64,000 nucleotides of DNA from an uncultured delta proteobacterium (GTDB lineage Bacteria > Desulfobacterota > Desulfobaccia > Desulfobaccales > 0-14-0-80-60-11), in assembly GCA_963812015.1 (NCBI GenBank), contig CAWETI010000002.1, forward strand, positions 559,361-623,360, in the 5' to 3' direction. Numbering within the stretch: the first letter of the stretch is position 1; the number at the start of each line of letters is the position of its first letter. Below the pieces are notes generated by a model that did no database searches, was not told where the DNA came from, and worked only from the letters and a program-made list of their open reading frames with translations. The translations under genes and the position numbers were made by a program. Of the stretch, positions 36,321-45,434 are shown one piece after another.

Positions 36321-37373
36321 TTACTGGTCCTCCATCCACTTCCGCACCTGTTGGGCGCTTTCCGCATCTAACTCTTCCAACTGGCTCACCTGCCACTGAT
36401 GGAGGATGAGTTCGAGGTCAATCCCCTTATCCAGGCAACCCAAACGAATCGCCTCCAGGTCCTCCGGGGTGGCGCCCCGGGGCAGGAGACTGGCAGGCGA
36501 AGAGGGAGTCACGGGGGCCTCGGCCTTGGGGGCCCGGCCCCTTTTACCTTTGTTTTCTTCTTTGGGGGTTGCTGCTTTGGGCCGCTCTTCCTTGGCCTCA
36601 GTGGCAGGGAATAACTGCTCCGCCGTGGCCTGGCCGTCTTTAAGTTGGGAAGCCATACCCCGCAAGCTGGCGATGTCCTCCGAGGCCCATTCATTTTTTG
36701 GTTTTCCTAAAACCGCCATCACGCGCGCTTCGCTGATACCGTAACCTGCCAGGAATTTCAGGGCCTTGTCCGTGGCCACGGCCAACCCTTCTTTGCTGAT
36801 CCCCTGTAACACCGCTTCTTTGGCCCGTTCTTTAGCCTGGTCCGTGAGCCAGCGGGGGACCCCCGCCAAAACCACATTGCGGATGGCCCGGCTCTGAGCC
36901 GCCTGGAAGGTCATGTCCTCGGCCCGGTCGTCCTCCAGTTTCTTGAACACGCCCTTGCCTTTCTTTTTGCGAAAGACCCGGGAGACCGTAAAACCCCGCT
37001 CCAGATCCACGAAATGGGCATTGAACACCCATTCAGTCAGGGTCTCGTAGTATTCCACCGGCACCGCACAGTTGCTCCATTCCCGGGCCACGGCCATGGC
37101 CAAGCCGATGCTGGGGCCCTCAATTTTCTTGCCCCCCATGGGAAAGGAATAGTAGAAGGCATCCCCGGCGAATTCGGCTTCTCGCAGAACCGCGGCCACA
37201 ACCTTATCCAGATTGCGGGGCCGCTGGACCGCCACCGCGGTGTGAAACTGGGTTTGGGAGCGCATCAGGGGGACAGGGGGATTGACGGTACCGGTCGGAT
37301 AGGTTCCCGGTTCCCCGGTAAAAGGCTCCACCCCCGCAAAGGGGGGCGGGGCTATGTTTTGATTAGCTTCCAT
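36321..37373 (-). CDS. Candidate phage-type single-strand annealing / recombination protein (family not resolved)
   Basis: 350 aa from the ATG at 37373, which lies 5 nt after the stop of the upstream nuclease gene. The core is followed by a low-complexity K/E/P linker and an acidic C-terminal helix. The functional call rests mainly on gene context. Confidence 0.4.
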   Translation of the reverse strand: MEANQNIAPPPFAGVEPFTGEPGTYPTGTVNPPVPLMRSQTQFHTAVAVQRPRNLDKVVAAVLREAEFAGDAFYYSFPMGGKKIEGPSIGLAMAVAREWSNCAVPVEYYETLTEWVFNAHFVDLERGFTVSRVFRKKKGKGVFKKLEDDRAEDMTFQAAQSRAIRNVVLAGVPRWLTDQAKERAKEAVLQGISKEGLAVATDKALKFLAGYGISEARVMAVLGKPKNEWASEDIASLRGMASQLKDGQATAEQLFPATEAKEERPKAATPKEENKGKRGRAPKAEAPVTPSSPASLLPRGATPEDLEAIRLGCLDKGIDLELILHQWQVSQLEELDAESAQQVRKWMEDQ

Positions 37374-37378
37374 GGGTC

Positions 37379-38161
37379 TTATCTCCTTTTGATGGAGTAT
37401 TTGCAGGTCCAAAAGTAACCGCACCATTGGGGGCTGCAGATCCAGGCGCTGGGGTCGCAAGGGGGAAACAGCCCCGTGTGGATCTGGTTCAGCATCAAGT
37501 GGATTCTCAGTAAGAGGTTGGTCCAATCCTCCGGCCCCCGCCGGGTGGGTAGGCTTTGCAATTTTGGTTCTTTGTTGTTCACCAAGATTTCCAGGCTCAC
37601 CTTTTCCGGCCACTTCCCCGTCTGGTGGGCCACTAGGCCGGCATAAAAGGTGAGCTGGAGGGAGTGGTCCGCCTCCTTGGGCCCCTTGCTCTTGTCGGAA
37701 GTCTTGAGGTCCGGGAGCCAGTGGTCGGCCGTGAGGACATCAATGGTGCCCCGGAGGGGCAAGTCTAAGCCGGCATCCAGAGTCATCTTCTCTTCCACCA
37801 GGAGGGGGTGGATGGCCGGGGCCAAGGAGACTCGGTAGAGTTTGGTGAGTCGGATGGCCGCGTCCAGGCCCTTGGCCAGGAGGGTGTCTTTCTCGGCTAT
37901 CTGGTCTTTGGGAATGAAAACCCCTTCATCGGTGATCAGTCTGACGTAATGATCCCGGGCGGCGTCCTGGAGGTCTCCCACGGGCAGATCTTCTTGGGAG
38001 TGCAGTTTTTGTTCATGATTGATTTGGGCGGCTTTGTGGGTGGCCGAACCGCGCCGGGCGGCAATCCCGGGAGGGATGATTTCGCCCCGGAGGTAGCGGC
38101 GCTCGAACTGGTGGGGACACCGTAAGAACATCCCCAGCATCGATTGGGTTATCGTTTCCAT
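37379..38161 (-). CDS. PD-(D/E)XK nuclease, Cas4/RecB-like with a four-Cys cluster
   Basis: 260 aa. One N-terminal Cys (FLRCPHQF) and three C-terminal Cys (CDPSAWICSPQWCGYFWTCKY) fit the Cas4-type Fe-S arrangement. It also has GTIDVL..DLKTS motifs. Confidence 0.75.
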   Translation of the reverse strand: METITQSMLGMFLRCPHQFERRYLRGEIIPPGIAARRGSATHKAAQINHEQKLHSQEDLPVGDLQDAARDHYVRLITDEGVFIPKDQIAEKDTLLAKGLDAAIRLTKLYRVSLAPAIHPLLVEEKMTLDAGLDLPLRGTIDVLTADHWLPDLKTSDKSKGPKEADHSLQLTFYAGLVAHQTGKWPEKVSLEILVNNKEPKLQSLPTRRGPEDWTNLLLRIHLMLNQIHTGLFPPCDPSAWICSPQWCGYFWTCKYSIKRR

Positions 38162-38409
38162 ATCATTTGGACTCGCTATGATTTATCAAACTCAAACGCA
38201 CATGCTTACTGAGTCAGTACTATGCCCGGGATAAACTCGTGTCTCATTAAAGAGGGTTTCTTGGCGCGCCCAGGTCATATACCCTCTTTCAGCACCTTTC
38301 CGTCCGAGATCTCCGTTTGACTTACCAACTGTTTCGCGGTAACTTGTAACTGCCTCGTACAGTTAATAGATCACTATAATATACTTTTGTCAAGCATAAA
38401 TTCATTAAA

Positions 38410-38871
38410 GTGAACTTTAAGGGATTGCTTTTGGAAACTCTCGGCGAGCGCATAAAATATCTACAGAAAAATAGTGGCATGAATCAGGTTGATTTTGCTC
38501 AATCATTGGGTGTTTCTAAAGGATCTCTTATCCTATATCAAAAAAATGATCGCAGCCCTGGCGGTTCATTTTTGAAAACTTTATGTGAGATTTATAGAGT
38601 TAATCCTGCTTGGCTCTTGCTTGGGGAGGGTGAACCGTTTATCAGGGAGAGGATTCCAGAAGAGGAATCTTCTAAACAGAGCAAAGTTGCAACCATCGAC
38701 CCGGTGGTGCAACTCCTCGATGAGGAGCAGGAGAGAGCCGATATCACCCTCACGCCGGAGCAGCGCACCGCCATCCTTAAAATTCTCCGGGAGTTGGTTG
38801 ATCGGGATGTCCGCTCCATTCGAGAATTATTGCGTTCTATCCCAGGAGGGAAGAAAACAGGGGATGAATAG
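38410..38871 (+). CDS. XRE-family helix-turn-helix regulator (cI-like), divergent from the nuclease gene
   Basis: It reads LGERIKYLQKNSGMNQVDFAQSLGVSKGSLILYQKNDRSP..NPAWLLLGEG. GTG start. Confidence 0.8.
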   Translation: MNFKGLLLETLGERIKYLQKNSGMNQVDFAQSLGVSKGSLILYQKNDRSPGGSFLKTLCEIYRVNPAWLLLGEGEPFIRERIPEEESSKQSKVATIDPVVQLLDEEQERADITLTPEQRTAILKILRELVDRDVRSIRELLRSIPGGKKTGDE

Positions 38872-39637
38872 TGATAGTCAGGATTGCAAAAGGTTGACGG
38901 CCTTCTACTTTGCCGGCTTTTTGCAGCCGCCAGGTCATCCAGGAAATTTTTTTAACTTACCCCAGTTACCCCCTGCCTTTCTGTTGGCGAAATTCCTTCC
39001 CAGATTTCCTCTGTCCCGGTTTATTTAGTGATTTCCGAAAAAATATTTCAGCTCATTGATATTATTACATTAATTGATTTAGCCCCAAAAGAAAAGTCTA
39101 TTATTAGGCACTCCCAAACAATGTGTCCTTCGTTAATGGATGATTTTGGGTGAATTATCCATGATAGTGTATTGAATCATACATTGCTTTACATATAATT
39201 CGGCGAGATTTTTCAACAATGTGCCGGTGTGAATGGAAAAGCAATATGGTACCAGTAACGGCCATTCAAAATGGACCCACCCTTGTTGATTGGAACACCG
39301 ATAGGACAAGCCAGCCGCAGGCCGGGGCAAGCGAGCCCAGAGCGATAGGCCTGTGGTTTTTAGATCGTATCTTGATAATGAAACTGGGAGGGTGCGGTCA
39401 CCATCAAGGGAAGGATCTTTTCCCTCGAAAGTAAAAAATATTTGATTATTTACAAAATATTCCATAAATGATTGATTGAGGAAGGAATTTTTCGATAACC
39501 GAGTTCAATCATCAAAGTAGAAACACTGCTGCATAATCTCGGTTCATAAAGGATTGCGATTTAAGGGTCTTGCACATTTTTGAATAGTATTCTTCGCCAA
39601 TAAGTTGCCAACTTAGAATAAAAAGAGAGAAACGCAT

Positions 39638-40645
39638 ATGTCTGGTCATGGAGCCATCTGCCCCAAGTGCAAACAAGGGAGGTTATCCCGCTGGCGCCGA
39701 AAATCTTGGATGCGTCTCATACCCTGTAGCAAGCACTTTGCATGCGGCAAATGTGCCGCCAGATTTCTAAGCATATTTGGCGGGATTATGAAATTGCCCC
39801 TAACTCGTTTAAACGAAGCCCAGAGTGTTTCGCAAGCCAATTTAATCTCTTCAATCCAATCGCCTAAGAAGGAGAGGGCGCGTCGGTTTGGAAAATTTTG
39901 CAAATCCTTAACTCTCGTGATAGCAGGTTTGGTCATTCTTGCCCTGAGTTGCTTTATTAGTTATCAGGGTTTGGGGGGAAAGGCGGTGCAACGAATTTCT
40001 CTCAGATTTCTACAACTTCTGCCCATAGGGTCAAATCCCCAGGATGGACTGGTAATGTCGGGACCCAAGAATTTCCCGGAGGGAGAATTGTTTCCGGATA
40101 GAGCGAACCTCCCAAAACCCGAAGAACATAAAGAAGCACCTTCCGTTCTGCCGGATGGCGGGAAATCCCCTCCCGCCAATATCCCCTTTGGAGTGGCGCC
40201 TTCGCCTGAACAAGAGTCGTTGGCAAGCGCTACCCGGTCGTTCCAAATAGAGATAAAGAGGGGAGAGAGTCTGGCCAGGATAATAGCGCAACATTATCCA
40301 GAAAACGAACAGATTAGTTTAGTGGCGATCATTTTAGCAAACCCCGAAATTTATAAAGATGATTTTATTTATTCTGGACAAGTTTTAAAGTTGCCCAAGT
40401 TAGATTCCACAGACAAGACAATCCAGTTAGAGGACAATCTTTTTTATATCCTTTATGGTCGCTACTATTCTGATACAGATTTAAAAAGAGACACGCTTTG
40501 GTTAAACAAAAAGAAAGTACGATTTTTGGTAAGGACCACTAAAGATTCGAAAAGTAGGAATGTTAACAGGGTTATATTGGGCGGTTATGCGACAAAAGAG
40601 GATTTGGAAAAAGCTCTACAGAGCATAAAAACAAAATATAAATAA
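39638..40645 (+). CDS. Zinc-ribbon / TM / LysM-like / SPOR-like domain protein
   Basis: The N-terminus has CPKCKQG..CGKC and one TM segment (LTLVIAGLVILALSCFI). The Lysm-like part reads IEIKRGESLARIIAQHY..IYSGQVLKLP. The C-terminus reads VILGGYATKEDLEKAL. By-eye domain calls only. Confidence 0.55.
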   Translation: MSGHGAICPKCKQGRLSRWRRKSWMRLIPCSKHFACGKCAARFLSIFGGIMKLPLTRLNEAQSVSQANLISSIQSPKKERARRFGKFCKSLTLVIAGLVILALSCFISYQGLGGKAVQRISLRFLQLLPIGSNPQDGLVMSGPKNFPEGELFPDRANLPKPEEHKEAPSVLPDGGKSPPANIPFGVAPSPEQESLASATRSFQIEIKRGESLARIIAQHYPENEQISLVAIILANPEIYKDDFIYSGQVLKLPKLDSTDKTIQLEDNLFYILYGRYYSDTDLKRDTLWLNKKKVRFLVRTTKDSKSRNVNRVILGGYATKEDLEKALQSIKTKYK

Positions 40646-40651
40646 AATATT

Positions 40652-40671
40652 ACGCTTTTTGCTTTTGCTCC
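40652..40671 (+). repeat. Solo terminal inverted repeat of the IS1595-type element found at 50264-51242 and 58691-59419
   Basis: acgctttttgcttttgctcc matches the reverse complement of 59400-59419 (atgcttattgcttttgctcc) at 18/20. No transposase remnant lies next to it. Confidence 0.55.
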
Positions 40672-40872
40672 TGTCATGTTCTTACGGAAGCAATAATAGC
40701 TGGCGGATCAAAGGTTTTAAAGATAATTGGTAATCTGTAAATTTCTGTTGAAAAATTGATGGAAAAATTTTTAGGGAGTGGAGTGGAAGGGAACGTTAGC
40801 AGAAAAGCGTCGGAATCTGGAGCGCCTCCTGAATGAAGGAGGGAAAGTTTCTTCTGTCCCAAGGGGATAAAT

Positions 40873-42066
40873 TTAGCCTTGTTTCACCTCTAAGTGGTGA
40901 TTTAAGATTGCCATAATTTTTTCCGCAGCCCGCCCGTCGCCATAAGGGTTTTTCGCCTGAGCCATGGCTTGGTAGCAATCAGGATTATTCAAAAGTTCTT
41001 GTGCCGCCCGAAATATTTTTTCCCTGCTGGCGCCCACCAATTTAACTGTCCCGGCCCATACCCCTTCGGGCCTTTCCGTAACATCCCTCATTACCAAAAC
41101 CGGCTTCCCCAGACCTGGGGCCTCTTCCTGGATGCCACCGGAGTCGGTCAAAACCAGATAGCTCTGAGTCATGAGAAAGAGGAAGGGGGCATAATCTAAC
41201 GGAGGAAGAAGGGACAGACGACCTCCGCCGCCAGCCAGGAGCGAAGCTGGAGCCCCCTGCCGCTTAATGGGTCTGGAACCCCGGGAAAGGATATCGTAAA
41301 CCGGTTGCTGCACATTGGGGTTGAGGTGAACCGGGTAAATTAAATGCACATCGGGGCAGTGCTCCACTATGTCGCGCAAGGCCAGACAGATGTTTTCAAA
41401 TCCCGGGCCAAAGTTTTCCCGGCGATGGCCGGTCACCAGAATGATTCGCCGATCATCGAAGGATATTCCATGGTGATTAAAGAAATATTGTTCCCATAAA
41501 TCTTTTTCTTTTGCGACTTGGGAGGCCACTATTTGTAGCGCGTCAATCACTGTGTTGCCGGTAACCCAAATGTTTTCGGCTGGCACGCCTTCGGCCAGCA
41601 AATTGTCCCTCGCCCAGGGGGTGGGGGCGAAGTGATAATCGGCCAAGACACTGGTCAGGCACCGGTTCATTTCCTCGGGATAGGGCCGGTATTTGTCCCG
41701 GGTACGGAGCCCCGCCTCCACATGACCCACCGGAATGCGAAAATAATAAGCCGCCAGCGCGGCGGCCAAGGTGGTGGTGGTGTCCCCGTGCACCAGTACC
41801 AGATCCGGCCTCTCCTGCACCAGCACCTCCTTAAGCCCTTCAAGAACCCGGATGGTGATGTCAAAAAGGTCCTGATCCGGCCTCATCAAATTAAGATCAT
41901 AATCCGGAACAATCCCAAAGAGACCCAGCACCTGGTCCAGCATCTGGCGGTGCTGGGCGGTGACTGCAACCTTGACCTGAAACCTTTCCTCTTCCTTTAG
42001 CCGTAAAACCACCGGGGCCATCTTGATAGCTTCCGGGCGGGTGCCGAAAATGGTCAAAATTTTCAT
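40873..42066 (-). CDS. wecB: UDP-N-acetylglucosamine 2-epimerase (non-hydrolysing)
   Basis: 397 aa. It has MKILTIFGTRPEAIKMAPV, VHGDTTTTLA, HVEAGLRT and LTDSGGIQEEAP. It contains an extra Gly/Arg-rich segment of about 20 aa. Confidence 0.9.
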   Translation of the reverse strand: MKILTIFGTRPEAIKMAPVVLRLKEEERFQVKVAVTAQHRQMLDQVLGLFGIVPDYDLNLMRPDQDLFDITIRVLEGLKEVLVQERPDLVLVHGDTTTTLAAALAAYYFRIPVGHVEAGLRTRDKYRPYPEEMNRCLTSVLADYHFAPTPWARDNLLAEGVPAENIWVTGNTVIDALQIVASQVAKEKDLWEQYFFNHHGISFDDRRIILVTGHRRENFGPGFENICLALRDIVEHCPDVHLIYPVHLNPNVQQPVYDILSRGSRPIKRQGAPASLLAGGGGRLSLLPPLDYAPFLFLMTQSYLVLTDSGGIQEEAPGLGKPVLVMRDVTERPEGVWAGTVKLVGASREKIFRAAQELLNNPDCYQAMAQAKNPYGDGRAAEKIMAILNHHLEVKQG

Positions 42067-42067
42067 T

Positions 42068-42736
42068 TTATAAACTTGAAGGCAAGGCTACAATTTCATC
42101 TGGGAGTTTATGATCATAATTCCTGATCAAGCAACCATCAAAATTATCAATTTTGTAATTATACTTTCTGATAAAATCACTATATTCTCTGGCAACTTCT
42201 GGCCCATATAAAGATAAAAACAATATAACGTTCTCATTTTTTATTATATTTTCTATCCCTGAAGGGGCATGATATTCCACCCCCTCAATATCAATTTTAA
42301 TTAAATCAGGCGGAATATTATTTTCATGGTAAACATATTTATCTATCATAACAGTATCTACTATTGTCCTCCTTAAATTATCGCTTTGATTTATCCGTAT
42401 TATACTTCCAGTATAATTTGATGCATGATGAGAATAAAAGATAAACTAACCATTAGAAGCACTTATAATATATTGTTCAATTAGTGCATTTTCTAATTTA
42501 TTTAAGCAGCTATACTTTTTTAAAAAAAGAAAATTATCAGGGAAAGGCTCAAAAGCGTAAACCATCCCATCTGGGCCAACTGCTCTTGAAAATAATAAGG
42601 TATAGAAGCCCACATGAGCACCGACATCATAAACAACCATGCCTGGCTTTAGGCATTTTACTATTTGCTTTTATTTTTTTAATTCATAAGATCCCGACCA
42701 GCAACCGTAATCTGAAGAGCCAACTACCCATTTCAT
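42068..42736 (-). pseudogene. FkbM-family methyltransferase pseudogene (one frameshift near 42641-42650 and an in-frame TAG at 42446-42448)
   Basis: The three pieces are MKWVVGSSDYGCWSGSYELKK.. / MVVYDVGAHVGFYTLLF..AFEPFPDNF..IISASNG* / FIFYSHHASNYTG..PDLIKIDIEGVEYH. The last two pieces are in the same frame (checked by hand). GC content is very low. Confidence 0.75.
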
Positions 42737-42855
42737 CGTTTTAGATGGCCATTGAAGTATAGGAAAGACAAACCCCTTAGGAGTCAGCTTTAGAATTTTC
42801 CTTAAGATTTTTCCGATCCTTGAATTGGCATTTAATCCCGATAAATTTATCAGTT

Positions 42856-43908
42856 TTACCTGTCATTTTTAACAACTGTTCTAACTGCAGAAGATATTCC
42901 TGGTCCAAACCTAGCTGCGGTCTGAATTCTGTCCCAATTTTCCCGGAACCAGGCTGTGGTGTTCTTTAACCCTGCTTCTAAAGACGTATGAGGTTCATAG
43001 CCAATAAGTTGCCGGGCCCGGTCCACCGAGGCCAGTAGGCGCGACTTCGTATCCCATTTGCGCCGCTCGGCGTAAAGGATGCCGGCTTTATTCCCCACCT
43101 GAGCATTAATCATCTGGGCCAGGTCGATGATGCGGGTCTCTTTTCCCGAGGCTAAATTAAACTCCTGTCCCACCGCGGCCTCAAAATAGCCGGCCCGCAG
43201 CAGCCCATCCACGATATCTCCCACATAAGTGAAATCCCGGGTTTCCTCGCCGCTGCCCGTGATGGGGAGGGGCTCGGTCCTCATAGCCCAATAGATGAAG
43301 TTGGGGATGACATTACGGTACTGGCCAGGCAATTCTCCCGGCCCATAGGAATTGAAAAACCGGGCCTTGACGACCGGCAAGTCGTAGTGGTGCTGGAAAA
43401 AGTTGCAATAAAGCTCCCCCAGCATCTTGGTGATTTGATAAGGGGAGCTGAGATGCAGAGACATAAATTCTTCGGTGAGGGGTAGGGGGGCGTTGCTGCC
43501 GTAGATGGAGCAACCCGAGGAGGCATAGACAAAACGCTGCACCCCAGCCAGGCGGGAATATTGGGCGAGTTTCAGGGTACCCAGGCCGTTCACCAAGAGA
43601 TCGGTTTCGGGGTGATCAATGGAGTTCTGGTTGGCGAACAAGGCGGCCAGGTGGAAAACGACCTCCGGCCCCTCAAAAAAGACCCGTTTCAGCTCAACTT
43701 CGTCGAGGATGCTGCCTTCCACAAACAAAACATTGGCAAGGCTCGGCACATTCCAGCGCACCGCCGAAGACAGGTCATCAAGGACGATAACCAGCTTGAC
43801 CCCCAGTTCGCCTAAGGCCCTAATCAAATTACTCCCGATAGCCCCGGCCCCGCCGCTCACCAGGACAGTTTTGCCTCTATAAAAATCCAGGTATTTCCCA
43901 GTCTCCAT
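42856..43908 (-). CDS. NAD-dependent sugar-nucleotide epimerase/dehydratase (extended SDR)
   Basis: 350 aa with VLVSGGAGAIGSNL and the catalytic SPYQITK (YxxxK). Confidence 0.85.
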   Translation of the reverse strand: METGKYLDFYRGKTVLVSGGAGAIGSNLIRALGELGVKLVIVLDDLSSAVRWNVPSLANVLFVEGSILDEVELKRVFFEGPEVVFHLAALFANQNSIDHPETDLLVNGLGTLKLAQYSRLAGVQRFVYASSGCSIYGSNAPLPLTEEFMSLHLSSPYQITKMLGELYCNFFQHHYDLPVVKARFFNSYGPGELPGQYRNVIPNFIYWAMRTEPLPITGSGEETRDFTYVGDIVDGLLRAGYFEAAVGQEFNLASGKETRIIDLAQMINAQVGNKAGILYAERRKWDTKSRLLASVDRARQLIGYEPHTSLEAGLKNTTAWFRENWDRIQTAARFGPGISSAVRTVVKNDR

Positions 43909-43926
43909 AAAGCCTCCCAGATTGTT

Positions 43927-45408
43927 TTATATACCTCTCCCGAATAGAGTGATCCGCACCGTCTTGAGCAGGATAGCTAAGTCTAAAAAGAAGCTCATAT
44001 TTTTAATGTAGAAGAGGTCATATTCAAGTTTTTCCTTGGTCTGTTCCAGGGAAGATGCATATGGAAACATGACCTGGGCCCAGCCCGTAAGCCCAGGCCT
44101 CATCAGCAGCCTGTGGCTGTAATAAGGAATTCGTTCATAATAGTTGTAGTGAATCTCACACGCGGGCGGATTCTTAATCCGGCGTCCGCGCCGGACTCTG
44201 GGCACTAGTTCCTGGAATATATTAACGAAAATTTCCCGTTCCGGCCGTGGGCCGATGCAGCTCATCTCACCCCTTAGGATATTGATAAACTGGGGAAATT
44301 CATCCAGGCGGGAACGGCGCAGGACCCGTCCCACCCAGGTGATACGGGGATCCCTAAACGAAGCCCACTGGGGGCCGTTATATTCGGCATCCAGCTGCAT
44401 CGTGCGGAACTTGATGATCTGGAAGGCCTTGCCGTCCTTTCCCAGCCGTTCCTGCCGGAAGAACACAGGGCCGGCGCTGTCCAGTTTAATGGCAATGGCA
44501 ATGAGGACCAGTAGGGGGGAGGCTATAGCCAGGGCAAACGAGGCCAGCCCCAAGTCGATCAGCCGTTTGACACGGTGGTAGTAAAGCCTATTTTTTTGCA
44601 GCATAACTAGATAAAGCCAGAGGTCGGAAATATGATCAATGGGAATTTTCCCCGTCAGGAACTCAAAAAAGGAAGGCATGTCTTGAAGATGGCAGCCGTT
44701 CCAGCTGATCCGGGTCAGGACGTTGATCATGGCAGGGGACTTGTCGTGGGTGATGGCCACCACCGCCAGGTCCACCATGCGCTCCCGGATAATTTCCACC
44801 AACTCTCCACAACTTCCCAGCACCGGCAGGCCGTCAATAACGGTGCCGACTTTACGCGGATCATCGTCGACAAAACCCACTGGGTCCAGGCCACTGCGGG
44901 AGCGATTCCGCAAAGCCTCCAAGAGGCGCCGTCCGCTCCCCCCAGCGCCGATAATAAGCAGCCTCTGCCTGAGACGCTGGGGCAAGGCCATCGCCGAGAA
45001 GGCCAGCCGCCACAGCAGCACCAGCCCGGCAAAGGTGGCGCTCTGAACCAGGAGCTGCACCCGACCGACGAAAACTCCCTTCGGGAAGTAAAAAAAGATG
45101 ATGATACCCACCGAGCCCATTGCCACCGAGAACAACAGCTGGCCGATATTACTCCAGCGTCGGTAATCCATCTGGTAGTCATAGTTGCTGAAAATAAAGA
45201 AAACCACCAGATAGGCGAGCCCCATCATCAGGAAAGCAAAAAGATGAGCACCTAAAAAGGAAAATGGGTTACGGTCGACCAGTGGGTTGAAATACAGGGA
45301 GAGGAAAACGGCAAGGACATACATTGCGGCATCCCCTCCCAAGAGAAGGAATTGCCACTTTGAAATTTGGACGCCACAAAATCTAATCATAGCAAGAAAA
45401 CCAGGCAT
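43927..45408 (-). CDS. Polyprenyl-phosphate glycosyl-1-phosphate transferase (WbaP/EpsB-type priming enzyme)
   Basis: 493 aa with N-terminal TM segments and a central Rossmann-like domain (LLIIGAGGSGRRL). The C-terminal sugar-transferase domain has KRLIDL..KFRTM..DELPQFINILRGEMSCIGPRP. Confidence 0.85.
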   Translation of the reverse strand: MPGFLAMIRFCGVQISKWQFLLLGGDAAMYVLAVFLSLYFNPLVDRNPFSFLGAHLFAFLMMGLAYLVVFFIFSNYDYQMDYRRWSNIGQLLFSVAMGSVGIIIFFYFPKGVFVGRVQLLVQSATFAGLVLLWRLAFSAMALPQRLRQRLLIIGAGGSGRRLLEALRNRSRSGLDPVGFVDDDPRKVGTVIDGLPVLGSCGELVEIIRERMVDLAVVAITHDKSPAMINVLTRISWNGCHLQDMPSFFEFLTGKIPIDHISDLWLYLVMLQKNRLYYHRVKRLIDLGLASFALAIASPLLVLIAIAIKLDSAGPVFFRQERLGKDGKAFQIIKFRTMQLDAEYNGPQWASFRDPRITWVGRVLRRSRLDEFPQFINILRGEMSCIGPRPEREIFVNIFQELVPRVRRGRRIKNPPACEIHYNYYERIPYYSHRLLMRPGLTGWAQVMFPYASSLEQTKEKLEYDLFYIKNMSFFLDLAILLKTVRITLFGRGI

Positions 45409-45434
45409 CGGGGCTACCGGACCGGAAACCCCAT

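Noticed and set aside
39133-39465. A 110-aa ORF on the minus strand in the low-GC spacer.
   Set aside because: It has no ribosome-binding site, no recognisable motif and an odd composition, and it is isolated in an AT-rich region where ORFs of this size arise by chance. It is left unannotated.
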